DNA of 63,471 nucleotides, filler included, from Chiloscyllium plagiosum (taxonomy: Eukaryota): assembly GCF_004010195.1 (NCBI RefSeq). It is 3 parts of one record of this genome, joined end to end, with 100 filler letters (N's around TTAATTAATTAA, not from the genome) between each part and the next. Parts side by side here need not be neighbours in the genome. Positions count along the whole stretch, not along the records: positions 1 to 27,819 come from NC_057712.1; 2 more parts are not named here. One strand, written 5' to 3'. The notes under the pieces are model-generated. The model was not told the origin of the DNA and did not search any database. It was given only the letters and a program-made list of their open reading frames with translations. Within the stretch, counting starts at the first letter, position 1, and each line of letters opens with the position of its first letter. This document shows positions 13,601 through 25,991 of the stretch, piece by piece. Made by a program: the position numbers and the translations under genes.

Positions 13601-14965
13601 AATCTTGGAAGGAGCCTATTGCCAAAATGAGGCAGAAACTAATCTTTTGGGAGCACTGCTCCCTCTCCATTGTGGATAAAAAACTCGGTCATCAGGTGTG
13701 AGGCACTCCCTCTGATCTTGTACATGCGCAGGTATGGCCCATTCCCCAAAACTGCACTATTTCAGCCACCTGAGCCATTTTCCACTTAATCTGGAAGCTC
13801 AAGGTAAACCAGTTCTGCAGGGACTCCATGAACAAAACTCTGGTTTGGAGTCGGGGGTGGGGGTTGGTGTTGGTCAAGGAACGTACCCACTGTTGCCTTC
13901 ATCCTAATGGCCACCTTTGTGTGCAACTGCATCAAACTGTGCATTGACTCTCAGTACACAAACACGAAGTATCACCATGTACTGTCCCCACGTGATGTGA
14001 AGGATGTGACTGGCCTCGCTACTGCAGAACACTGCAGGTAGTTGGACCATTCTGTATCACTTTCGAGACATTTGCAAAGCAAAGCACCTTTGACCACCAG
14101 TCCATCAGCAAGAGGTCTGCACACAGCATCCTTGAAACTCTGATGGAAAAGGAGGGGTGGACGCTGTTACACGGTTCCCTGAGCAGACTGTTAGTCATTT
14201 GGCAGAATGCCTTATCACCAGACATTCTAACAAGTACCAAGTCATCGCTTGGCTGGTGGTAAGAAGGGCACTACTTGTGAGATCCTTCATGTACGTCCGG
14301 TTGGTCTCCACCACTGCATGCTGCCCTGTAAGTGGTTGTGGAAGGTTGGGGAGGCCGGAAGAGGAGTGCATTGAGACTGTCACATATCTCCTTTTGAAAT
14401 ATACTTTTGCAAAAGAAGTCTAGAGGAAGATGCAATGGTTTGTGTCAACGTTTGTCCCGAGTAGCTCCATAATGTGGGACTCTGTACTATATGTTCTGTT
14501 CCCTGGGACACACAGAGAGACAAACATCAATTGTGTTTGGAGGACCATTAATTCAGTGAAAGATGCTCTTTGGTCTGCTCAAAACTTGCTGGTCTTCCAG
14601 AACAAGAAGTTGACCTCGACTGAGTGTTGCATGCTGACGCATTCCAGGTCAAGGACAATGTCTGAGGGACGCACTAAAGCTTGGGCAACTACAGCCAAGG
14701 CACACTGGGGAAAAATCAATGTCTGAGGTCTTCCTGCTGAAGGTAAATGGGCATTTGTTCAGTTATCGGACCCTCCTAATGTCTCAGATATGTATAAATA
14801 TTAGTACTATGCGTGTGAGAGGCCTTGGGTTTTTTGGAAAGAGTTAAAATCCAATGTTTTGTTTATTTACTTGATATTCAACTCTACAGAACTGAACCGC
14901 TTTTGGGACAATGTGCATTTATAGAGAATTTTATGAATTAATTATATTTTTGAAGTAAAATAAAA
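10700..14965 (+). mobile_element. Tx1-clade (L1 superfamily) LINE, decayed
   Basis: ORF2 start MGVKIASINV at about 11361; SRIDF; GVRQGCPLSPALF; YMDDV; C-terminal Cys/ETV region; A-rich end. Confidence 0.85.
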
Positions 14966-15026
14966 GACACTTCCCATGTACAGGAGGTGTCACCTGCTGC
15001 ACAAGCTTGAACTACAGCTTTCATAG

Positions 15027-15167
15027 GAGCAAATGAGGACTGCAGATGCTGGAAATCAGAGTCAAAGAAAGCTTCCCGATGAAGGGCGTATGCCCAAAAT
15101 GTCAATTCTCCTGCTCCTCGGATGCTGCTTGACCGGCTGTGCTTTTCCAGCACCAAACTCTTCGATG
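15027..15167. mobile_element. Fold-back PLE mini-element with decayed hammerhead
   Basis: Flanked by ACAGCTTTCA(T/G)AG; contains CCGATGAAGGGCGTATGCCCAAAATGTC. Confidence 0.7.
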
Positions 15168-15599
15168 ACAGCTTTCAGAGCTCAAACAGTAGCTAGAATC
15201 ACTAAGGTGCATCTACAGTGCAGAAAAGTTGATGCATAACATAAGTTAAAGGAAAACCAGACAGGGTTTTTAAAAAAATAATTCATAGGATTTGGGAGTG
15301 TCACATATTGCCCATCCACAGTTGCCCTGTCAAGCCGTTGGAGAGTTGCCTTCTTGACTCACTGTAATCTATGTTCTTTAGGTAGTCATACAATGTTGTT
15401 AGGAAGGGAACTCCAGGATTTTGTCAGTGATTTTGATATGGTGACATACTTCCAAGTAAGAATGTTTAGTGGCTTGGAGGGGAACTTGCAGATGGTGGGG
15501 TTCCTATGTAAGTTGAGATGAGAATGATACTCCTTGAAATCAAGGCCGCATTTTATCAACAATCAACATCCTGGGAGTTACCACTGACTAGAAATGTTT

Positions 15600-16345
15600 T
15601 GGATAAACCAAAACATAGCATATAAGAATAAAGATTAGCATAGACAGATAGGATGTATTTATTGGTCTGGCAAACTTAAAAGTAGACAAACCTCAGAGCT
15701 AGATGAAATATATCTCAAGGTAACAAGTGAAATAGGGGAGGAGATAGCAGGTGTGCTGCAAGAATTTTCAATTTCTCTGTGGCCACAGGAGAGGTGCCAG
15801 AGGAATAAAGAACAGCCAATGTGGCATCATTAATCAAGAAGGGATGACGGGACAAGCTGGAAAACCACAGGCCAGTTAGCCTAACCTCAGGGATGGGTAA
15901 ACTACTGGAAGCAATTCTGAGGGATAGAGTAAATCTGCACTTGGAGAGGAAGGGACCAATCAAATATAATCAGTATTGAGTTTGTTAAAGGGAGGTCATG
16001 CTTGACCAACTTGATTGAATTTTTCGTAGAGTATGTCAATAAGGGCAATGCATTTGATATACCCTGCATAGACCTCAGCAAGACTTTTGATAAGGTTTCA
16101 TATATAAAATTGATAGCAAAGGCAAGAGCCAATGGGATGCAAGGAAATTTAGCTAAATTGATCCAGAATACTTTGAGTGTCAGGAAGCAGAGGGTGATTG
16201 TACAGCAATTTGTTTTGTGATTAGAAGCCTGCATCTAGTGGTGCTCTGCAGGGATCAGTGTTGGGGCCTTTGCTGTTTGTGGTATATAAATGATTTAGAC
16301 TTGAATGGAAGAAGGTTGAACAGTGAGTTTATGGATGATATGAAA
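15600..16345 (+). mobile_element. CR1 RT fragment
   Basis: [17 protein letters not shown] and [14 protein letters not shown] segments. Confidence 0.8.
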
Positions 16346-17462
16346 ATTAGTAGGTCATACTGTGGAATACCTGCAAGATTTGGTTGGTGATAATCTCCGG
16401 ATTACTTCCAGTGGCAAGTGCAAGTGAGGGTAAGAACAAGAGGATGAATGCACGGCTACAGAATTGGTGCAAGAGCAGGAATTCAGATTTTTAGATCATT
16501 GGAATTTTTTCTGGGGCAGAGGTGACCTGTTCAAGAGGCACAGGTTGCACCTGAACTGGAAGGGGACCAACATTTTGATGGCCGGGTTTGTTAGTGCTGC
16601 AAGGGAAGATTTAAACTGGATTGGCAGGGGTTTGAAATCTTCAACAGCAGGGAGGCAAGTTGAGGCTGGAAGGAGATACAGTAATCAGAAATGTTAAATT
16701 GAAAAGATAGGTCAGGCTGGAACGTAATGGGGGCAAGGAATGCCTGTTGGATTAAATTGCATTTATTTCAATACAAGAGGACTAACAGGTAAGGGCAGGT
16801 AGGTGTGACTACAATATTACAGAAACATGGCTAAGGGAAGGACAGGATTAACAGCTTAATGTGCCAGGGTACAAGTGCTTTAGGCAGGACAGAGGTGGAG
16901 GGGAAATTGCATTTTTGATTAATGCAAGAATCACAGCAATTATCAGAGATGAAATAACTGAGGGATCATCCAGTGAGGCTTTGTGGGTGGAGCTAAGAAA
17001 TAAGAAGGAATGGTGAACTTATTGGGGTTGTACTATTGGCCCCTAAATAGTCGACAGGAATTAGAGGAACAAATATGCAGGGAGATTCGGGAAACTAGCA
17101 GGAGCAATAGGGTTGTCATAGGAGGTGATTTTAATTTTGTTAACACAGGCAAGGACTGCCAGAGCGTTAAGGGCTTCAGTGGGGTGGAATTTGTCAAATG
17201 TGTTCAGGAAAGTTTCCTTAAGCAGTATATAGAGGGTCCTATTCAGCAAGGGGCAATACACGACCTACCCTTGGGAAATATGGCAGGAAAGGTGATAGCG
17301 GGGAGCATTTTGTGACCAGTGACCATAGCTCTATTTATTTTAAAATAGTTTTGGGAGAGGGACAAAACTGATCCACAGGCTCAAGATCTAAATTAGGGTA
17401 AGGCAAATTTTGATGGAATTAAACAGGAGTTTGTAGGGGTTGATTGGATTAGTTTGTTTGCA

Positions 17463-17783
17463 GGCACGGTGGCACAGTGGTTAGCACTGCTGCCTCACAG
17501 CGCCAGAGACCCGGGTTCAATTCCCGACTCAGGCAACTGACTGTGTGGAGTTTGCACATTGTCCCCGTGTCTGCGTGGGTTTCCTCCGGGTGCTCCGGTT
17601 TCCTCCCTCAGTCCAAAGATGTGCGGGTCAGGTGAATTGGCCATGCTAAATTGCCCGTAGTGTTAGGTTGTAGGGGTATGGGTGGGTTGCGCTTCGGCGG
17701 GTCGGTGTGGACTTTTGGGCCAAAGGGCCTGTTTTCACACTCTAAGTAATCTAATCTAATCAAAAAGTAATCTAATCTAATCA
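17463..17783 (+). mobile_element. tRNA-derived SINE (HE1/V-SINE-like)
   Basis: A box TGGCACAGTGG, B box GGTTCAATTCC, central GTGGAGTTTGCAC...GGGTTTCCTCCGGGTGCTCCGG, (CTAAT)n tail; inserted in CR1. Confidence 0.88.
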
Positions 17784-18579
17784 AAGGGTCCTCTGGCAAG
17801 TGAGAGGCCTTTAAAACTGAGATACTCAGAGTTCAAGTTCTATATGTTCCTCGGAGAATGTAGGGTACGTTTGGCAGGAATAAGGAACCTAGAAAGTAAG
17901 AGATATTGAGGTTTTGACCAGAAACAGGGAGGCACGGCTCAGGTACAGGTAGGTGGGATCAAGGAAATCTCTGGAGGTACACAGAGAGTATGGGAGTTAA
18001 CTGAAAAAGGAAATCAGGAGGGCAGAAAGGGGGCATGAGCTAGCGTTGGCTGAGGAGATTAGGGTGAATCCAAAGAGGTACTTTAAGTATACTAAAGGAA
18101 AAATAGTAACTAGATAGACAATAGGGCCCCTCAAGGACCAAAATGGACATGAATGTATAGAACTGCAGGAGGTGGGTGAGGTTCTGTGTTAACTATGGAG
18201 AAAGACATGAAAACTTTCAAACTTGGGAAAGTTGATGCAGACATCTTGGGGACAATCCATATCACAGTAAAGGAGGTGTTGGATGTATTAGAATGTATGA
18301 AAGTGGATAAATATCCCGGTCCTGACTAGATACATCTAAAAACACGCAAAAGGCTAGAAAAGAAATTGCAGGGGCCCTGGTTGATATTTCTACATCATCA
18401 CTAGCCACAGGTAAGGCCTGGGAAGACTGGAGGTTAGTAAATGTTGTGCCCTTATTCAAGAAAGGCTGCAAAGAAACACCTGTGAACTATAGAGCAGTCA
18501 GCTTAACATCTGAGGTAGGTAAGTTACTTGAGAAGATTCTGAGAGATAAGATACACATGCATTTAGAAAGACAGGATTA

Positions 18580-18695
18580 GATTTGAATTTGAACTGAATT
18601 TATTGTCACGTGTACCGAGACACAGTGAAAAGCTTTGTCTTGCGATCAATACAGGCAGATCACAGAGTTAATTCGCATAGATAAGTAAATAATAA
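18580..18695 (-). mobile_element. Rex1/Babar 3' end fragment
   Basis: Reverse complement matches about 10190-10301, including the tail. Confidence 0.8.
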
Positions 18696-21600
18696 GGCTT
18701 TGTGAGTGGGAGAACATGCCTCACAAATTTTTTAGAGTTCTTTGATGAAGTGACCAGGAAGGTTGGTGAAGGCAGGAGGTAGATGTAGTCTATATGGTTT
18801 TCAGTAAGGCCTTTGATAAGGTTCCACATGATAGGCTGTTCTGGAAGATTAGATCGCATGAATCCAGGGTGTTCTGGCTTGTTGGAAGGAAGCAGAGGTG
18901 TGAAGCTGCTGCTCCTTTAACACGGTTATGCTGTCCTTGGTTTCTTTTTCAGAGTGGTCGTAAAAGCAGTGATTCTGAAAAGTCTGGGTTTCACTACTTG
19001 AGAATGCTTTCAAATTAAAAAAAAAACGCTTGTGCAATAAAAGGTAAGTGGCCAGTTCACCAAGCTCCGCCTTTCTCTGGTTAGGTTTGGTTTTAGCAGT
19101 TTGGCTATTCAGTGAAAGAAGTCAGTCAGTTTTGAGGCTACTGGCCCAAGAAACAGCTATACAGAAGAAGGTGTTCCATCTGAATCTCCCTGCCATTTCT
19201 CTCTCTCCTGTAAGAACATATGGTTGATTTTGCCTTTTTTGCAAAGGGGGGGAGGTGTTAATGGGGATAGTTGGCAAGAGCATCATTGGAAGAGCATCAT
19301 TGAGCTGGGATAACTGTTGGGTTTTTGAATAGGTTAAGTTTTTCGGTATTTGCTTCTCTTTTGTTTGTGTTTCATTCTGTAGTCCAACAAATAAATTCTG
19401 TTTGGTTTAAAACTAAGTGGTCAGGCCAGCTGCTGTACACCTCCTTAAAACAACTAGCAAAGTTACAGTTCAAAAATGTTTCTCCAAATGTTTTGAGGGG
19501 GTCTGGCCTGGTCCATAACAGATTGGGGGTTTTTAGCGGGATTTGTTTTATAGTTCCGACTGGGATTAGGGTTGCTGGATTCTGAGGTAGTAAGTGGTAG
19601 GTGTTAGTTTCTTTTGTTCTGGGCGTTGATTTCAGTTCGTTTAGGCAGTGCTTGGGATAGCAATGGATCTTTCAGTCACGAAGAATTTTCTGTGGTAGAA
19701 GAATTGATTTGGGGGGTTTTGCAAAAGGTGATTAAGGCCAAGCTGCTGGAATTAGCACACAAGCTGGAGTTGAAGTGTCTACTTCCATAAGGAAAGGAGA
19801 GATAATTACAGCAATAGATCAGCATTTAAATTTGCTGGAAATGTCAATTGAAAATGAAAAAGCTTGAGTTAGAGACCAAAGACAAGGAAAGGGCAACAGA
19901 AATGAAACGGTTTTAATTACGATTAAGAACGGAGGAAAGAGAAAGGGAAGGAATTGTTTTAGCAGAACAAAAAAAGAGAAAGCAAGAGAGAAGAGAGAGG
20001 AAGAGGGAAAGAAAGAGAGAGAGAAGAGACAGAAGAGAGAGAGAAGAGACAGAAAAGGAGAGGGAGGAAAGGAAGAAAGAGAGGGAGTTTGAACTTCAGA
20101 AATTGGCACTTAGATAGGAAAGTCAGCTTAAAAGGATGGAGATGAAGACTGAAGGTAAGGTTGGTGAGAAAGAGTGTGGGCATAAGCATACCCATGGTAG
20201 CCAAAGACCTAGTGAGAAACTGACTAAATATATTCAAGCATTACCTAAATTTGATGAGAAGGATGTGGAAGCCTTTTTCATCTCATTTGAAAGCATTAAA
20301 CAAATGCGGTGATCAGTGACCATGTGGGTTTTGTTGATCCAAACAAAACTTGTAGGCAGAGCTAATGAGGTATTCACATCACTATCAGAGGAGGTATCTG
20401 GGGTGCATGAGGGTGTGAAGAAAGCCATCTTAAGTGTACATGAGCTTGTGCCAGAAGCCACCAGACAACATTTGGGGAATCTAAGGAAAGATCCTGGGCA
20501 AACATACACTGAGTTTGAAATGATCAAACAAAGTAATTTTGAGAGGTGGATAAGTACATATCATGCTCTTCAAGAGATGATTATTTCAGAGGAGTTCAAA
20601 AATTCACTTTCTGACGCATTGAGAACTCATGTGGAAGAGCAGAGAGTTAAAATGACGAGATTAGCAGCTAAAATGGCTAAAATGGTTGGTCCATAAATTA
20701 AAGTTTGGCATCCAAAATCACTTTCAATCTATGAGGGATAGAAATTGGGGAAAAGAGAGATAGTTCTCAGTGAAGATCATAAGGATAGCTTACCACAGGA
20801 TAAAAAGGAAACCCTTGATGGGCAAAGAGAAGTTAAAAAGCTCTGGAGTTTTCACTGTAATAAAGTAGGTCACATGAAATCACAGTGTTGGTGGATTTAG
20901 AAAAGGGAAGCCAAATGTAGGAAACTAGGATAAGGCAGTGAATTTTGTTGGCTTGGTAATGGAAAGCACAGTGGAGGCTAGAAAGCTGCACCTGAATGTA
21001 CAACCTGATCAGAGGTTGGTTAAAGAAGAAGTGCCAGATCTTAAACCATATAACTGCAAAGGTAAAGTTTACCTGCATAGGCCAGGAACAGCAAGTAAAG
21101 AGGTTACAATATTAAGAGATACAGGATCATCTCAATCTTTGATGTTGAAAGATGAGGTGATATGTACCTCTGAAGGACTATTGCCAGAAATGATGCGAGT
21201 AATGGGAATTCACAGCGAGACAAGAAGTGCTCAATTCTGTAGAGTGAGGTTAGTGTCCAGTGAAGATTGGAGAGACATGATAGGAGTACTGGACAAACTC
21301 TCAGCTCCAGGAATACAATTTGTCCTTGCTAATGACATAGCTGGTTCACAGGTAGGAGTGTTGTCTACTGTGTTTGAAAAGCCAATGGAAACTCAGGCAA
21401 CTGAAATACTGCAGGACTCATCTCGTGGAATGTTTCTCAACTATGTGGTAATGAGGTCACAAAGTCACCAGCTGAAACAGGAGAAATCAAAGAGTACAAA
21501 TAAGAATATTGAAGTGGAATTAGCAGAGACCCTGTTTGATCAAATGCTTGAAACAAACCAAGAACAGAGAGATGACAAAGTACACATTTTTAGCTCAGAT

Positions 21601-21753
21601 AAATTAACTTAGTTACAGCAGAAAGATGAAAGTTTAAAAGATTTGTATCAAAAGGCATAAACAGAAAAAAGTATCTGAATGTATTCCTAAATGCTATTAT
21701 CTTAAAAATGATGGAACAGCACAGCAGGTCAGGCAGCATCCAGGGAACAGGAG

Positions 21754-21789
21754 ATTCGACGTTTCGGGCACAGGCCCTTCTTCAGGAAT
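21754..21789 (-). ncRNA. Minimal type I hammerhead motif
   Basis: Minus strand: ATTC-CTGAAGA-A-GGGC CTGT GCCC-GAAAC-GTC-GAAT; stem I AUUC/GAAU. Confidence 0.78.
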
Positions 21790-22039
21790 GAGCAGAGAGT
21801 GTTCAGCAGGAGAAGATAAAAGGTAGGGAGGAGGGACTTGGAGGAGGGGAGTTGGAAATGTGATAGGTGGAAAGAGGTCAAGGTGAGGGTGATAGGTCGG
21901 AGTAGGATGGAGGCGGAGAGGTCAAGAAGAAGACTGCAGAAGACTGCAAGAAAGTGAGGTCTGCAGATGCTGGAGATCAAAGTTGAAACTTTATTGCTGG
22001 AACAGCACAGCAGGTCAGGCAGCATCCAGGGAACAGGAG

Positions 22040-22075
22040 ATTCGACGTTTCGGACACAGGCCCTTCTTCAGGAAT
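22040..22075 (-). ncRNA. Minimal type I hammerhead motif
   Basis: Same as 21754-21789, with stem II GGGC/GUCC (G-U wobble). Confidence 0.72.
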
Positions 22076-22252
22076 GAGCAGAGAGTGTTCAGCAGGAGAA
22101 AATAAAAGGTAGGGAGCTCTCTGCCTCTCTCTACAAAGATTTCAGTGAGTCCCTCTCTCACTGCACACCCCAGGTCATCTCCATTTCCAACTCCCCTCCT
22201 CCAAGTCCCTCCTCCCTACCTTTTATCTTCTCCTGCTGAACACTCTCTGCTC

Positions 22253-22288
22253 ATTCCTGAAGAAGGGCCTGTGCCCGAAACGTCGAAT
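22253..22288 (+). ncRNA. Minimal type I hammerhead motif
   Basis: ATTC-CTGAAGA-A-GGGC CTGT GCCC-GAAAC-GTC-GAAT. Confidence 0.78.
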
Positions 22289-22460
22289 CTCCTGTTCCCT
22301 GGATGCTGCCTGACCTGCTGTGCTGTTCCAGCAATAAAGTTTCAACTTTGATCTCCAGCATCTGCAGACCTCACTTTCTCCTCTTAAAAATGATGTCTTA
22401 ATGAGGAAATGGAGACCATCACATTTTCAGGCTAATGAAAAATGGGCAGAAGTTCATCAA

Positions 22461-22687
22461 CTAGGAGAAAGTGAAGACTGCAGATGCTGGAGATCAGAGC
22501 TGAAAAATGTGTTGCTGGAAAAGCACAGCAGGTCAGGCAGCATCCAAGGAGCAGGAGAATCGACGTTTCCGGCATAAGCCCTTTTTCAGCTTTTCCTGAA
22601 GAAGGGCTTATGCCTGAATCGTCGATTTTCCTGCTCCTTGGATGCTGCCTGACCTGCTGTGCTTTTCCAGTAACACATTTTTCAGCT
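22461..22687. mobile_element. Palindromic PLE family A mini-element
   Basis: 14-bp TSD CAGAAGTTCATCAA (22447-22460, 22688-22701); arms meet at two back-to-back, slightly mutated hammerheads. Confidence 0.85.
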
Positions 22688-23209
22688 CAGAAGTTCATCA
22701 AGTCATTTTGCCAGTGGGTTATGGAAAGTTGGTGTTGCGGGTGGCTTATGAACTACCACTAGGGGTCATTTATGGGTAAGAAAAACTCAAGCTAAACTAC
22801 AAAGAAACAAGTTGCATTTTGCCTGATATGTCATGTCAGGTAATTGAAAAGCCACAGACAGTATAAAACCCACACCTTTAATTCCTGCTTTTGAGGAACC
22901 TTTTACAAGAGTCTTAAATTATTGCGTAGGACCCCTACCTAAAACAAAAATTGGGAATCAGTATTTGTCAACAATAATGGACGCATCCACTAGATTTGTA
23001 GCCAAAATGACTGTAGAGGAATTACTAAAATATTTCACTTGATACAGACTAGCTACAGTGATACAATCAGATCAAGAGTGAAATTTCACATCAAAATTAT
23101 TCAAGGAGGTTTGGACAGCTTAGGAATAAAACAATTCAAATCTACTGCATCCCATCCAGAGTCGCATGAAGCGGACAAAAAGTGGCATCAGATATTAAAA
23201 ACCATGTTA

Positions 23210-23340
23210 GGCGAAAGTGAGGATTGCAGATGCTGGAGATTATGTGGTGCTGCAAAAGAATGGGAGGTCAGGCAGCATCTGAGGAGCAGGAAAATTGATG
23301 TTTTGGGCAAAAGCCATTCATCAGAAATTAAATCAGGAAT
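23210..23340 (-). mobile_element. PLE terminal-repeat fragment in the Gypsy integrase
   Basis: AAAGTGAGGATTGCAGATGCTGG...TTTTGGGCAAAAGCCATTCATCAG. Confidence 0.7.
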
Positions 23341-25480
23341 TAAAGACCAAACTGACAGCTTATAGTCAAGAGTATCCAGATGATTGGGACAAGGGAATGC
23401 TGCTTGTACTTTTTGTAATCAGAAATGGACCAAATGAATCAACCAAATTCAGTCATTTGAATTAGTTTTTGGGCATGAAATAAGAGGCCCACTAAAATTG
23501 ATTAAGGAGAAATTTGTAAGTCAGATTTCATAATCCACATATTTGGACTATGTGTTAGATTTTAGTGAATAATTAAATAGAGTGGGGGAGTTGGCTAGAC
23601 TGCATTTAAAAGGATCACAGCATACAATGAAACAGGAAGCAGACAAGAAATCAAAAACTCAAGTTTTTCTATCAGAGATAAGGCATTAGTGTTACTTCCA
23701 GTGATAGATGAACCTTTAAAAGCAAGGTTTAGTGGATCTTATCAAGTCGAAAGGAAATTGAGCGAGATAAGCTATTTGATAAGGACACCAGACAGAAAGA
23801 AATCTCACACAGTATATCATATGAATATGCTCAAAAGGTATTTTGACAGGGAAGGAAAACCAAAGGAGACTATGTTATTAGTTACAACACAGAATGAAGA
23901 AGAGTCCAGAGGATTGTGAATTGGGCATTCCTCAAACTAAACTGAACAATGAGGAACTTATTAAAAATTGGGATAAATTATTGAGTTACCTTCCAGAGGA
24001 AAATCAAAATGGCCTGAAAGAGTTATTACTATCACATCGGGAGATATGTGGACATAAGCTGGGAAGTACTATCTAATTATGCATGGTGTAGATATAGCAA
24101 ATGGACAGCGGACTGTCAGAAGGTATTTGACAGCCTAAAAGTTGTGTTAACCACGACCCCAGTATTAGATACACCTAATTACACAAAGCCTATTTCAATT
24201 GACATTTCCAGCCTATTTCAAGATGGCTATTGATGCAAGTGATGTGGGTGTGGGTGCTGTGCTCTTATAAGACGATGACAAGAAGATAGAAAGACTTATT
24301 GGGTATTTCTCTAGGATGTTGAACATTCATCAGCAGAAATATTCGACAGTTCAGGAGGAGACTTTGAGCCTGGTGTTGGCTTTACAGTATTTCAATGTTT
24401 ACGTTACCAGTAATGCATCTGAGACAATCACATACACTGATCATAATCCGTTTTAGAGGCCATGAAATAGGGCCAGGAGAGATGTTAGAAAGCATTTCTA
24501 CACCCAAAGAATACTGGAGGTTAAGAACTCTCTTCCTCAACTGTTGGTCAATGCGAATTTAATTGTTAAATTTAAATCCGAGATAGACAATTTTTATTAA
24601 ATAAGGTATGAAGGCATATGGGCCCAAGACAGACATATGGAGTTAGTTCACAGATCAGCCATGATATTATTGAATGGCAGCTCGAGGGGCCGAATGTGCT
24701 AATCTTGTTCCTATGTTTCTACCTTAAATCTATACCCTTGGTCATTAGTCCCTTGATCAAAGAGAAAAGTTTATTCTTGTCTGCCTTATCTATAGTTTTA
24801 TACAGCTCACGCGAAGGAAAACAACCTCAGTTTGCCTAATCTGTCTTCATAACTGAAATGCTCCAGCCCAGACAACATCCTACTAAATCTCACCTGCACC
24901 TAATCCACCTTATTGGGAGTGTATTATAGACCCTCTAATAGTCAGCGGGAAATTGAGAAACAAATTTGTAAGGCGATTTCAGTTATCTGTAAGAATAATA
25001 GGGTGGTTACGGTAGGGGATTTTAACTTTTCAAACATAGACTGGGACAGCCATAGTGTTAAGGGTTTAGGTGGAAAGGAATTTGTTAAGAGTGAGCAAGA
25101 AGATTTTCTGATTCAATATGTGGATGCACCGACTAGAGAAGGTGCAAAACTTGACCAACTCTTGGGAAATAACGCAGGGCAGGTGACTGAGGTATCAGTG
25201 GGGAAGCACTTTGGGGCCAGCGACCATAATTCTATTAGTTTTAAAACAGTGATAGAAAAGGATACACCAATCTAAAAGCTGAAGTTCTAAATTGGAGAAA
25301 GGCTAATTTTGACAGTATTCAGCAAGAACTTTCAAAAGCTGATTGGGGCCAGATGTTCACAAGTAAAGGGACGGCTGGAAAATGGGAAGCATTCAGAAAT
25401 TAGGTAACGAGAGTCCAGAGACAGTATATTTCTGTTAGGGTGAAAGGAAAGGCTGGTAGGTATAGGGAATGCTGGATGAC

Positions 25481-25991
25481 TTAAGACATTGGGGAGAGGA
25501 CTTGGGGAGTGCAGTGAGAGGGGGACTCACTGAGATCTTTGTAGAGGGAGGAGGAGAACTTCTTCAAGGTAGGCATCCTTGGAAGAGGCTTCACAGTAAG
25601 GTTGAAATCAATTAGGAGACAGTGAGGTCTGCAAATGCTGGAGATCAGAGTTGAGAGTGTGTTGCTGGAAAGCACAGCAGGTCAGGCAGCATCCATGGAG
25701 CTGGGAGATCAATGTTTTGGACAGGACCCCATCATCAGGAATGAGGCTGGGAGCATTGGGGGCCATTTATCTCTTCATCCTGAGAGAAAGAACAGGAAAT
25801 GACATCACCACGGGAAATGACATCACCACAGAAAATGCCATCATGAACCCAAAGAAACCCAAACATATAAATAGAAAGCAGGAATCAGCATCAGTGTTTC
25901 GCTGGCTGAGGCCCACTGAAGATGTTACCTGGTAGGGTGACGAAACGTCTGGAAATGAACCTTCCAGCTTAGTGAGCAAACCTACATCCAG
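25481..25991. mobile_element. Adjacent PLE family A (minus) and family B (plus) fragments
   Basis: About 25481-25760 matches family A repeats in reverse; about 25765-25991 matches 4835-5035. Confidence 0.75.
25913..25952 (+). ncRNA. Hammerhead motif (family B), intact
   Basis: CCA-CTGAAGA-T-GTTACC TGGTAG GGTGAC-GAAAC-GTC-TGG; stem I CCA/UGG. Confidence 0.75.

Larger units (their letters stand above)
16360..18898 (+). mobile_element. CR1 LINE (end of ORF1, endonuclease, part of RT), cut off by the Gypsy LTR
   Basis: FLDHWNFFWGRGDLFK..LHLN; GGDFNF; FSKAFDKVPH. Confidence 0.85.
21714..22381. mobile_element. Composite PLE family A insertion with three hammerheads
   Basis: 14-bp TSD TCTTAAAAATGATG (21700-21713, 22382-22395); two tandem minus-strand repeats then one plus-strand repeat. 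Confidence 0.88.
18899..24452 (+). mobile_element. Gmr1-like Gypsy LTR retrotransposon (5' LTR, gag, PR, IN, RNase H; RT deleted; no 3' LTR seen)
   Basis: LTR TG..CA 18899-19520 with AATAAA; PBS-like TGGGGG..CGGGAT; SCAN-like gag (20316-20696); zinc-knuckle remnant HCNKVGHMKSQC; protease LRDTGS; integrase GPLPKTK.GNQYL; RNase H IDASDVGVGAVL...TDHNP. Confidence 0.88.

Noticed and set aside
17463..17535. tRNA gene
   Set aside because: A and B boxes belong to a multicopy SINE with body and tail.
19930..20090. Hydrophobic minus-strand ORFs as a membrane protein
   Set aside because: Antisense of the GA-rich, E/R/K-coding part of Gypsy gag.
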